Origin: Asterias rubens
Lineage: Eukaryota
Direction of reading: 5' to 3'
Length of the DNA stretch: 64,000 nt
Assembly: GCF_902459465.1 (NCBI RefSeq)
Contig: NC_047070.1
Coordinates: 19,654,001 to 19,718,000 of the forward strand
In this document: positions 11,053-23,600 of the stretch, piece by piece
How the letters are laid out: each line of letters starts with the position of its first letter
Position numbering within the stretch: position 1 is the stretch's first letter
Notes under the pieces: generated by a model
The model's database searches: none
What the model saw: the letters and a program-made list of their open reading frames with translations, nothing else
Told to the model about the DNA's origin: nothing
Made by a program: the position numbers and the translations under genes

Positions 11053-13970
11053 ATGGCAGCCAGCTCCCTTCAGATCACTCGGCGGGAGGATGGCAGCTAC
11101 CTCTACGAGTTCACCTCTCACAGCCAGCACATCTTGCAGACACTAAACGAATGCCGTCAGTTCCCCCGGCTCTGTGACTGCACCGTCCTGGTCGAGACCC
11201 GAACCTTTAACACCCACAAGGCTGTCTTGATAGCCTGCAGTGACTACTTCAAGAGTTACTTCACGACCCTGCCGGATGTCTCTGGCCAGCCGATCGTCCT
11301 GGAGAATGTCAGCGCGCGGGGCTTCCACCTCCTTCTTGAGTTTGCCTACACGTCGAGGATGTGTCTTACCATGGCAGTCATGGAGGATGTTCTCTCAGTG
11401 GCCGTCAATCTAAAGGCAGCGTCTGTCCTGGAAGCTTGTTGTGAGTTCCTGAAGTCTCAACTGACCGGAGATAACTGTGTGGACATCATTTCGGTCGCTG
11501 AGACTTTTAACCTGACTGAGATCAAACGTCAGGCTAATAGGCTCATGTGTGAACGGCTGATTGAGTTATCACAGACATACAACAAGAAAGGCAGTGGGCC
11601 GCTGCTTCCTGATAGTAAAGAAGAGCTGGAAGGTAGGAAATGAAGCAACCTTATCAAAATTGTCATTAATTTTGACTCCAAGGCAAAAGAGCTGTCACTT
11701 ACCCAACATTTCGATCCTAGCAGAGTCTTTTTAAAGCATTTAATCCGTTAAAGGTTTTGCATATAATTACACCTCAAATTGGTTTGGTTGATCCAAGAGC
11801 AGTTTTGTTCAGGGTTTTTCAAATTTTATTTATAATTTGAACATAGTTAAAGTAATGTTGCCCCAGATTTTCAGCAGTTCATTGCATGTTTTAGGGTTAT
11901 AGTTTTTTTATGTAGACTTTTGCATATTAAATAATATTCTGTATGATTTTGATTCAGGTCTTATCAATGCCAATAAAGAAGCCTTAGCAGCCCTGGAAGC
12001 TAATCATCAAGAGAGTTGCGACAGTGAGAGTGAAGACATTGGTGGAGTGGAATCAGACTGTTCCTTCTCAGACATGGTGCCAACAATGATGGGGGACAGG
12101 CTCCGACCCCGCGTACAAACACAACCGCCAAACTTGGACCCTACCAGGGATCGGACACTCAAGGTGGAAACCAAAGCCGCCCTGAAGAGCCCAGTGTTGA
12201 GGGCTCTGAGGCAGCTTCCTCGTAGGAGGGGCAGGCCGAGGAAAACAGAAGCTGTCCAGCGTACAACGAGATTACGTAAGACACTGCGGAACAAGAGGGG
12301 AACCTTTAGCATTGCCAAATCAAGGAAGGAATACATCTGCCGCTTTTGCACGCTCAAGTTCGGCAAGCTAAGAGACCTTAGACAGCATTACATCAAGGAG
12401 CACAGCCAGTGCGACAGATGCACCAAGGTTTTCCGCGCCGACGCCGAGCTAGAACGCCACTTGATATCCCACCAGAGACGTGACACAGCCAGAGGGCCAA
12501 GACGGTATGTCTGCACATATTGCGGCAAGAACTGCGGATACTCATCGGCGCTTAAAATCCACGTTCGAACTCACACCGGGGAGAAACCCTTCAAGTGTGA
12601 CCTATGCAGTGCCCGATTCATCCAGTCCATAAACCTGAAAAGGCATGTCCTCACCAACCACCAGAAAGACACGCCCTACGAATGCAAGTTCTGCGACAAA
12701 AAGTTCAGCGTCTTCGTCTATCTGAAGAGTCACGAGATCACACACAGCAGTGAGCGGCCCTTCCAGTGCGAGACATGCGGCGCCATGTTCAAACGCAAGA
12801 GCGACCTACGCAGTCACAATCGCGTGCACAGCTCTGACAAACCCTTTACCTGCGATATCTGCCTGGCCAAATTCAAGACCACAAACGATCTCAAAACTCA
12901 CTCGCTGATTCACAACGATACCAAGCCCCACACCTGCGATAAGTGTGGGGCGAGCTTTAAGCGGACGGGCCACCTTAATAGACATATGATGATCCACAGT
13001 AACAATAAACCGTACCAGTGCGAGACGTGTGGAGCACAGTTTAATCGCAAGGAGAACCTGCGAAGTCACCAGCGTATTCACAGCGGTGAGCAGCCGTATA
13101 AGTGTAGCTTGTGTGGTGCTAGCTTCAGACATCTCAGTAGTATGAAGATACATGAGAAGAACCACTGGAGGTAGGTTTCTGTAAAACAAAATTTTTGATT
13201 ACACATTAAACAGCACAATAAGCGCAAATAACAGGGTTAATAGGAAGTGTGGGAGGAAAACCCATGCAATCAGGTAGGGACTGAAAAGCCCAATCGACAT
13301 GCAAGGCTCTGGTTTGAGGTGGGACTCGAACTGGGGTCCACAGAAGTGAAACTTCCTTCCTCGTCATCTCTCCATTGGTTACTTGGCTAGTACAGTTTGC
13401 TTTTCTGATAGCTCTTAGTTAACAATCTAAATAATAAATGAAATGAAAATGATATTATTTGGGGGTATTTTTGTCTGGTTTTACAGCCAGAGAACAGGTG
13501 CCCAAGACACTTCTATGATGAGTCAACACGACGGTGGGTCCCTCCAGCACATCGCTGCACTCATGGGTCTACCAGTACAAGGCCTCTCACTGCCCCCTGG
13601 CAACAACATCCCAGTCAGCCTCCAAGTCAACACCGATGCCCAGAACCAACTCTCCATCCAGCCCAACCACGCCCAATCCCCGGACCCCACCCCACCCCTG
13701 CACTCACCAGGTCAACATACCCCAATGAATCTACACGCGCACCAACAGCAGAACCAAGCCTTACAGATGCCCCCGCCCAACTCCACCCTGAACTCCCCGA
13801 TGGCCTCACCCATGTCGATGGCGTCGCGGTCTCCCATGCCCATGGGTCTGATCTCGTCTGCTTCCCAAAACATTCACATAACAACCTCCTCCATGTCGCC
13901 GGGTGTTAACCAGGTTCACCAAGTTCCCAACTTACAAGCTTACATGATGAATACAGCTACCCTAATGTAG
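11053..13970 (+). CDS. BTB/POZ - AT-hook - 10x C2H2 zinc-finger protein (ZBTB-type, ZBTB24-like architecture), 758 aa
   Basis: Exons 11053-11632, 11958-13170, 13487-13970 (2277 nt, phases 1 and 2 match). BTB (CDCTVLV...HKAVLIACSDYF), AT-hook PRRRGRPRK at 12218-12244, ten C2H2 fingers with TGEKP-like linkers, and a P/Q/S/M-rich C-terminal tail. Confidence 0.92.
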
Positions 13971-14544
13971 TCAGGTAGTAGGGATGTTATTATTTTGCTG
14001 TCTGGGATTTAGGTTTTTTAAAAGTGATTCCAGATGGGGCCATCTCGCACTTTCTTCTCAACTCGCCCTGAGGTATGAATATTTTACTTACATAAATATT
14101 AAAAATAAATCTAACGTCACACTTCATGTAGGCATATGAATCTGTATATTGTATGCAATGAATTTAGCTGGCTGTACATGTAGCTTTGGACACACAGCCA
14201 TCCCAAGTAAAGCAAGAGCAGAATATCTATCTCACTTTACCTTTGCCCCTCACTGACCCCTCCAATACTACCCTCTACACTCCTACACTAATCTACACTC
14301 CTACTAATTATATGCTAATGTTACTCATGATGATAGTGGACAGCATTGGTCGAGGGTCAACCATGTAGTATAAATAAATGCTGTCCATAAATTGCTTGTA
14401 GTTGATGTCGACTAATTAAGTGCATGCCCTTAATCCTCTACAAAAGACCTACAATGTACGGTACATGTATTCTCAAATGGAACCATTCAAGCCACAGCGA
14501 TGTGCTTCGTTTGAATGGTGCTTAATTCATTACCACTCGTTGGC

Positions 14545-14727
14545 TTGAAGCTTGGTTCATACTTCCTGCAAATGCGATCGCGAAATGAATTTTGATGTCA
14601 CAGAACTGTTTTCGCAGCGAATGTTTCACAGGAGTACGGCACAAGTCGACTGATGCCAATTATTCGTTGTGAATTTGTGACGTCAAAATTCATATCGCAT
14701 CCGCAGTAAGTATGAAACGGGCTTTCT
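14545..14727. mobile_element. MITE with TIR AGCYYRGTTCATACTTCC
   Basis: Inverted termini ggttcatacttcc / aagtatgaaacgggct. Second copy at ~17990-18182. Confidence 0.6.
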
Positions 14728-17516
14728 TAACGCTTCTAGGCACATCAATAACCTATCGTCTTGGGCACCGCCCCCCTAACCACCACATGCATGTAATAAT
14801 TTACTGTTCACTACTACACTCAAAACTGTACAAAGTGTCCGCTTTTGTTAGGTGGCCTTTATATCAAGGTTATTACACAGTATGTGTCTGTTGTTGACAA
14901 GACAATAGCAATTTTCTTAAGTTATATAATATGCATGGCAATCATTGATATGTATTTGAACATGAAGAAATGTATGCAACTATATATTATATTATAAACA
15001 AAATATTGCATGTAGTCAAACAAAATTATATTTCTTTGTTTAAAATGATACAGAATACCAACAAGTGTTTTGGGGTTTGACCCTTTTCTAAATGGTTTTA
15101 CCACGCCAAGTTTCAATGTTAGCTTTCCAGAGCTCCTTCTAGGTTCACATTGGCTCTTTTTAGTTTAATGGCCAGTATGTGATGGTTAAAATACAATGAC
15201 AAACATGCAGTTAGTAAATGAAAATGTGGCCACTGGTCAGTTTGAACAAGTTGGCATGCAATGACAATGTCTGTGAGAAAATTGGCCAACACCCACAGGA
15301 ATTGGCCAGGTAGGGCAAGTGGCCCATTTTTCCAACTGGCCGGGGTAATCTATTTCATTATGTACATGTTTTAGGCCGACACATTATACAAAGAAGCCAT
15401 GCATATTATGTACAACTACAATTGGGTACTAAAATTACAAAACTGCACTCTTCCATATGATTATAATATTGAACTATTTCATTAGCTAGTCTCGCCCTAG
15501 GTCCATGTCTCTTCGTTCAAAAAAATACTAAAAATAATAATTTGCTATAATAATAAAAACATAAGCCCTACGGGTGGTTAGACAAAGCATGCACATATTT
15601 AAAATATTAATATTGGAGCATAGACCATAGCATGTATGTTATTCAACAAGCATAGAGTGTACAATTATTTAAGAAATCAAAGTGATTGCATGGTTATGTA
15701 AAAACAAAATTATTAAAAAATATGGCCTACTTAAAGTTTTAAGGTATCTTTTACTATATAAATAATATCATGAACAAGTTTTAGACTGAAATTTGTTCAG
15801 CAACCCATGACTGTAACCTTCTCCATAGTACATGTGTAGGTGTTCCTCAAATGTTTCAATTCAAGGGAAAGGGGCATTTTGTTGTTGTATATTTTAAAAA
15901 GCAACTTCTTTATTTTGGTGAATTCCCAGTGATATCTTAAAGGTTTTTAAGCAGAAATATTCTGATGCCGACTTGCACTTTTTTAAAAAGGTCAGGAACT
16001 GTCAACCACACAGGCATGATATTCTTGCTACTTTAATCTGATTTTGGACTTTGTTAAAGGGTAGGTTGTAATCTTCAAATTAATGGCAATAAAAACCTTT
16101 TGTTTAGAAGCCTAAAGCAGCTTGTAATAGTATAAAGCATGTTCAGAAACATTTCACTTTAAACTAATGTGATTTTATAAAAAGGTATCAGTTTTTTTGC
16201 CCCAAAATTTGAATCTGAGATGAGGCTTCTCAGATTGTGGGTTCTAATAATTATGGATTATTATTTCTGCTTTGACAAATATCCGCTCCAGAAATTCGGC
16301 GATCTCAAAAACCAAGCTCCTTTTTACAGGGTACCATAAGCAAATACCATAAGCATGGAGTGGTGATCAGCAGCAGTGCCATCAAATTAAAGTCCAGTGC
16401 GCACTTTCATTTCATAAAACCTGTAAGCAGGCCATTAGCAGAATTTGGTTATCAATAACACTGCTAAGCGTAAGCAAAGTAATTGCTAGCTTGCTGGTTC
16501 TTGTAAGCAGCAAGTGTCACAACAAGTAAATCCATTGTGAACTCGCAGGCACAGGCTGTCAAACCGTCTCGATCATTTATGAAATACACTATTGCTTTTA
16601 CAAATCTGCTTAAAGTAAGCAGAAAAATGTGATTATTGGTAAATAAACTGCTTAATGAATATGAATTACCTGTTACATGACCCTCATAAAGTTCACAAGT
16701 GATTTATTTTGTATCATCTTTTAACATCTATTGAACTGAGAGTGTTACTTTAAAAGGCCACACCATTTCTCTTTGCCAAATAATCATGACCTGGCAAATA
16801 AAGAATGATTCCTGCGCTGTAACTTCAATTCAAAACGGACAAAAAAGAAAACTGAAAGCCAACGGACAGTAACAGTTGGTTTTATAAAACTAATGACATG
16901 GTTAAAACACATAAATTACATGTATTATGCAACAACAATCTACTTAAATGCTTTCATTTGCACACACATTTCGCAAAATGTGTTACTAACAACAGCTACA
17001 TATAGGGCAATTTTCTTGTCCCTGTTCAACCCTTTTGAGACCACAGCAGCCGCAAACTGCTTGTACACATACCAAAATGCTGCAAGATTTCACTACTTTT
17101 GCTCCTAAACAAAAGTGTCAAAGAAAAGGTAGCAGACAGAATTGAATTTTTGTTCTGATTCCAATGTAAACATAGAATCTCCAACTCTAAAACAAAACCA
17201 TATTCTTCTGTTTCTTAAATATTTTCCCGACTGTTTCTGAAAAAAAACAGTGCAAAAAAAAACAACAAGAAGCAATTTCGGACCATTAATTTGGTGATGG
17301 CTATACAGAAATTAATGGTCTCTAAAGGATAAGTACATTAGCATACAGTACATTTAAGCAAATGACAGTTTAATATATAACTTATAGTTTGTAAACTAGG
17401 AAGAATTCGTAGGCACTGCAGTAAAAGCACCATTTGTTGATGGACTACTGTGCAAACAAATTATACAGTGTACTACGTTACAAATATACTCTTTGGCATG
17501 TGGCTATTAATCAGCC

Positions 17517-17666
17517 ATAGGCCTTTTCGCAAAAAGCAACTGTGCTAACTGTTGAGTGAGGTGCATGCTGGTCTAGCTAGGGATCAAACCTGATCGCTTG
17601 CTAGACCAGCATGCACCTCATTCCACGTCTAATACAAGCATACTGAGGATTTGCGATAAGGTCTAT
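17517..17666. mobile_element. 150-bp AT-TSD MITE with internal hairpin
   Basis: ATAGGCC...GGTCTAT termini; reverse complement of the copy at 20483-20632. Confidence 0.8.
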
Positions 17667-19148
17667 GCGCTACGCATGTTGCTGATGTCAACTTACAGGT
17701 GCCCATTTTGTCAAAGAATTTCATGATTATGATAAAATAAAATAAAATTTTCTATTGTTAATGCAAATTCCAGTCCTGAATGTTGTTCATGTATACAATT
17801 ATGTTTAGTAAGAACACTTTTCTGGAATACACTGTATGTTATCTAAAGATAACTGGGCATCAGTTACTATAAGTTGCAGCTTAGTTACTTTACGTCATGC
17901 GTAACAGTGCCTTGTTTACAGCCTGTTTTCTGTCTGTGGCTCATTTGACCTTTGGCTCGTCCGCCTCTTAGCCTGGCAGTCCTCTGTCTTGAGCCCAGTT
18001 CATACTTCCTGCCAAGTGAAATTTGACGCCACAAATTCGCCAAGAAAAAAAAAAAAAATTAAGCCACAAATTCGCACCAAATAATTTTCAACAGTTGAAC
18101 GCAACATTTTCTTTCAAAACAGCCTTGTGATGTTAAAATGCGCTTCGCATTCACTGTTTCTGGAAGTATGAACCGGGCTTGAGGCTTCTGTATTTGCTTC
18201 ATATGCTTCATACGTACTTTGGTTGTATTTGTTCTGACCACAATGATTGGTAAATTCCCAATAAGTAAGAAACTTTGACATTTGAAATTTGAAACTTTGT
18301 GTGGTGGGAGTATAATGAGGCTAGAGTTGCGATACCACCATGTGTAAATCTCACTGTGTTTGTGCTGAAAAGAACCAGTGGTTGACAACTCAACGTTTTG
18401 ATCAGTCAGCTCTGTCTTCTGGAGAATGGAGCATACTGATAGAAACGTTGAGTTGTTAACCACCAATTCTTGTCTGAAATAAAGCTTCTCAAAAGAGATT
18501 TAGATAGTGCTACCACAAACCTCACCTTATTCATTTCCCAATAGATTTTGTTTCACTAATTGGAAAAATAAAAACAGGTACACGTATTCAGGCGAGTTGT
18601 AACACAAATTGGCACAAATGTTACGGTTTACGTAACTGTTAGAGCTGAAAACTTGTTGGCTCATTGTCAAGATTTTGTTTGTAGTAACATTGGTCAAAAA
18701 CTTAACAAATAAAGCAATAAATTGTAAATAAACCAACTCATATATCATTCACCCTAGATGTATTTTATGTATAATGTAAATTAAAAATCTTTAAACTTTT
18801 CACTTTTATTTATTCTAAGTAAATAAAACTAGACCAGTTTTTCCCCCAAACTAAAAAAAGGAATGTTTTTTGTGTTTTTTTGGTTTTTTTTAAGAATGCT
18901 ACCTTACATTACATAAAATGTAATTATAACCCACCTATATTTGTAAAATAACTATATTAAAAATAATAAAGATAACTGCATGAAACTTGAAGTTTGTGTT
19001 GCTAATTATCATTTTGTCAGTTAGTTTAGATGAATGCTCAAAACAATAATAACACACTAATCTGAGATTAGATAAAGCGTGAAAATGGCTAGTAGTGGAA
19101 GTGTAAAACCAAAATAATATTCTTTATCCCCGATTAAATATGAGCACC

Positions 19149-19534
19149 TTAAAGGCAGTGGACACTATTGGTAATTACTCAAAATAATTATCAGCATAAA
19201 ACCTCACTTGGTAACAAGTAATGGGGTGAGGTTGATAGTATAAAACATTGTGAGAAACGGCTCCCTCTGAAGTGGAGTAGTTTTCGAGAAAGAAGTAATT
19301 TTCCACGAATTTGATTTCGAGACCTCAAGTTTATAACTTGAGGTCTCGAAATCAACCATCTAAACGCACACAACTTCGTGTGACAAGGGTGTTTTTTCTT
19401 TCATTATTATCTCACAACTTCGACGACCAATTGAGCTCAATTTTTCACAGGTTTGTTATTTCATGCATATGTTGAGATACACCAAGTGAGAAGACTGGTC
19501 TGTGACAATTACCAATAGTGTCCAGTGTCTTTAA
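19149..19534 (+). mobile_element. Kolobok-type MITE, full length
   Basis: TTAA TSD on both sides; 24-bp TIR AGGCAGTGGACACTATTGGTAATT / AATTACCAATAGTGTCCAGTGTCT (2 mismatches). Confidence 0.88.
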
Positions 19535-19670
19535 TAACAGAAAAATGCGTTAAACGATTGTCTTTCTATGATTCAATCGAAAAACAGGAGGCCAAGGCGT
19601 TTCTACGGTCATAGTTAAATTGGGTCCCAATGTTTGAATATGTGCAAGACTTGTGGAGTCTATTCTGACC

Positions 19671-19964
19671 ATAGAGTTATTATAAGAACTAGAGGGCGCA
19701 CTGGCCTATAATTATACGCGACCCGGTATGCGCGCAGGAGGCCATTTTCTAAGTTGACAAAACTGGCATCGCACAGCGTGTGTTTGTGCAGCCATTTTGT
19801 AAGTTGACAAAACAGCATCGCGTAGCGTTCAATAAACACAAACTCCAACGTGTACTTTATATTCAATGCGCGTGTAGAATGGCACGCGTGTCTCCTTGTG
19901 GTCCTGTCGCGTTTGTGCAAGAAGCATCACCAGTGCGCCCTCTAGTTCTTATATATAACTCTAT
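19671..19964. mobile_element. 294-bp AT-TSD MITE
   Basis: ATAGAGTTAT(T)ATAAGAACTAGAGGGCGCACTGG...CCAGTGCGCCCTCTAGTTCTTATATATAACTCTAT, about 33-bp TIRs. Confidence 0.8.
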
Positions 19965-19984
19965 GATTCTGACTGAAGAACTTG

Positions 19985-20255
19985 TAGCCTACTGGCCGAG
20001 CGGCTTAGTGCATCGAACTCAAGTTGTGGTTGCTGAGACAACAGCAAATCAAATCAAATCCCGGTCATGACACTTAACTATAATTGCTTCTCATCACCCA
20101 GGGGTAATTGGTACCTGTGAGAGCAGATATGGTTCTGGTGATTGTTTTAGCTCGTGTGCTTCTCACTTGGCAGCACATGCTGTACACTCGCTGACATGGT
20201 TTGTGGAAAAGAAATACATGGCCCAGTGACCAGGGGTAATAATGTTTGAAACACA
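19985..20255 (+). mobile_element. Degenerate tRNA-derived SINE
   Basis: TGGCCGAGCGG A-box and a body matching 59968-60200. Confidence 0.65.
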
Positions 20256-20482
20256 ATGTTCCTCTTTGAAATTACGCTATATAAGAGTCATTATTATTTT
20301 GTTATCATTATCACTGGAATGCTGGTTATGTAAGGAATGCTTAACTTATTTGAATCAATCCCAAGATTGGATGGATTTAGGGCAGCTCCTGGCAAGAACA
20401 TCGAGGGACTCGACGTGGTGTAAAGAAGTACTTGTTGTGAGTACTACTGCAAACTTTATAAGAATAGTACTGCAGAACTACC

Positions 20483-20632
20483 ATAGACCTAATCGCTAAT
20501 ACTTGGTAGGCGCATGCAAGGCTGGGAATGAGGTGCATGCTGGTCTAGCAAGCGATCAAGTTGGATCGCTAGCTAGAGCAGCATGCACCTCAATCAAGCG
20601 CTTGCACAATGGGTATTTGCAAAAAGGTCTAT
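20483..20632. mobile_element. 150-bp AT-TSD MITE in the presumptive PGM3 3' UTR
   Basis: ATAGACC...GGTCTAT termini, 54 bp past the PGM3 stop; inverted relative to 17517-17666. Confidence 0.8.
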
Positions 20633-20686
20633 GACTACATGTGTTGGACGAAAGAGTTGTTTAGTTTGAGAAACTCGTCTTTCCTC

Positions 20687-23600
20687 TTATGTGGATGAAG
20701 GTTTGACTGGGGGATCTCCGATGCCATCGGCAAGCTGGTGGACCTTTGCGGCCACTTCATATGCGAGGGAGTCTGCCGCGTTCTAAAGGGAAAAAAAGAA
20801 AGTACAAATAGAGGAAAATTAAACACTAATGGTTGAGAGAAGCTTGGCATTCAGGGCGGAGCGATAAGATCAGCGAACTTAAGCTCTTTTGATATGGAGA
20901 AAAAGGGGACGTTTCAAAAGTTGTACAGCTCGTTGTTTTGCAAACATTTGAATTGAGGTGAAAAATATGATACAAAATGTAAATTGTCCCATACAGCCTG
21001 TGTAGTAACTTGCTCATCTGGAAATGCATTATTAAGGTCACCCCTTTGACCTTTGCATCAAGTGTACAAGACTCACCTGTGTATCAGCTTCAGCATACAC
21101 CCTTACTATATCTTCTGTACCAGAAGGCCTGTCAGTAAACGTAAAAACATCGTTCAATTAAAGGAACATTACAGAATTGGTTTTGCTAGCAAAAAAATTG
21201 CTGGCAGTGTAATGCTATCCAACCATACACATAAACTGAGAAACCTGTAGAAGGGGGAGATCGATCGGCCATCTGGGTCACGAGAGAACAGTGAAAAACC
21301 GATTACAAATTGTGCATTGCATCGATGCCCAAAAATGAATAAAACGCTCACTGAGCGATAAACTCCAAACGCGATATTAGACTATTTCAAGGTAATTGTC
21401 AAAGACCAGTGTACTCACTTTTAGTGTATCCCAACTTATGCATAAAATAACAAATCTGTGGAAATTTTTGCTCAAGTGGTCATCAAGTTTGCAATAGAAT
21501 AATGAAAGAAAAAACACCCTTGTTGCATTACTTTGTGTGCTTTTATATGCATAATAAAGGGCTTCAGCTGAAGTCTTTCATTATTTGAATGAGAAATAAA
21601 GGATATAGGACATATTAAAATACCTGACAAACGATCGAGCTTTCTGGTAGTTTCCAACGAGGTTATTAATGGCGTCTTGAAGGCCGCTTGGCGAGGTCGC
21701 ACAACGTTCAGAGTCTGTTGTCTGTATGGCCCTACGGTCTTTCACCTGATGTAAAAATACAATGAGAGAAAACAAATCTTATCATCAACGATCTGCGGAC
21801 TTCCTTTGTTGAGCTCTTAGAGTACAACATCTTTGTTGGTAATAATTATAACCTTGATATCGTTCACAGCAATGTAATATGGCAATGTTGTATGGCGCAG
21901 AAACATGGACCCTCCTCAAATCTGGCCTCAATCGACTAGAATCGTTCCACATGAGGTGTCAACGATCAATTCTCGGCATCCAGTGGTTTCACTTCGTCAA
22001 CAACAATCAGGTTAACCAAAGAACATGTCTGCCCCCCATCAACCACCTAATTCAACGCCGCCGCTCTGCCTTCTTCAGTCATGTCGCTTGCCTAGCTGAC
22101 AACATCCCAGCTAAAAAAGCTCTAAGCATCGCCATAAACTCCAGGGGAGGCCTAGCACCAGCTCCTGGCTGGAAGAGACCTAGAGGCTGCCCTCGATCAT
22201 CCTGGGCCCAACAACTTGGCCGGCCTAACGAAATCGACCACATGTGGCGTGAGGCTGTAGGACGTGGACACAGGAGATCGGCGCAACGGACCCTTGCTGT
22301 CTCTGCAGTTAATTGATTGACTGAATGTAATTGTTATGTTAAGTTCGCCTGTCTGAAACCAAAACTTATTTAGGTTGACCTAGAGTGGCTCCTAATCTAT
22401 TTGGTTTGGTGCGACTGCGGTGCGCCTATCTGAAAAGGGTGTACAAGTTGATAACAGGTTTATAAAATCACACTGTACCTTGACTTTGAGTTGTCTGTTG
22501 GGAAGATCTTTGTAGGCTGCGTTCCAGTCTGACATCCCCCATCCTTTGGCATATAGGATACATTCTACAACTAACATGTCTGAGATTGCGTCACCAACAG
22601 TCTGAAAATAAAAAATGAGGAATTTTCAGGGGTGAGAGTTATTGCAATAAACTGAGGAATTTTCAGGGGTTAGAGTCATTGCTAACAAAAAGGTCTTAAA
22701 CTGGGATACAAATTCTAAGGTTTGTTTAAAATGATGGCATTTCCACTTTTTTGTAAACCAAGGAATCAAAGATTCCGTGTCATGGCCGAGCGGTTACGAG
22801 AGCACCGGATTCAAGCTCTGGTGTTTGATCAGCCGAGTGTGGGTTCGAATCCCGGTCGTGACACTTGCTACATAAAATTGGGGAGGTAGTGCTTTCTGCT
22901 CTACCGGCCAGGCTTCGGATTGATGATACCCAAACCTACATCCATATGGACTGTAAAAGGGGTAACCCTGTTTCAGCCCTAGGAGTAGGTGGCCTCTGGA
23001 AAAAAATAAATATAGCCCACACCTTAAAGTGGCCTTGTGTGTCTGGCGACTTGCATAACAAAAACAGTGTCCTCAGCACTAGAGAAGTACACCAAAGAGC
23101 AATGTCCGATTTACTTCACCAGTGAACATAAAAAGTCTGATCTCGGATAAAAGTCTGAAAAACATCATCCCTGAATTTGATTAACTGATCATATCAGATA
23201 CGCTCAAAAGTATACAACATAATTATGAGTTTAAAACATAATCTTATAACAAAAGCATAAAACATGTTGAATGCTTATGCAGCTCTCAATCAAACTAAAT
23301 TAATAGGCTTGCTCCTTTAAGACATAAATGCTCGCACTCGCACAGTTTTTTGGGTCGCACAATGCGAATAGCAAAATTACAAACAATACCTCATTAATAA
23401 GATCCCGAAGGTCTTTCAATGTGACTGCAGCATGCCTTTTATCTTCTGGTAAACTTCATAAGAAACAAAACAAAAGTAGATTAAATAGCAAGAATGTATA
23501 AACAAAGTAGATATATAACACATGGTTTAACCGCAAACTATATATTTAAGACCAGTTTATAAGTTAGTTATCTGAACAAAAACAATCTGATATCTTTAAA

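Noticed and set aside
18526-18555. 30-nt mini-exon with good acceptor and donor (-)
   Set aside because: It has stops in all three frames and no partner exons were found.
22777-22866. tRNA-Leu(CAA) gene
   Set aside because: The T-stem does not pair (GTGGG/CCCGG), a SINE body follows, and diverged copies are dispersed through the window.
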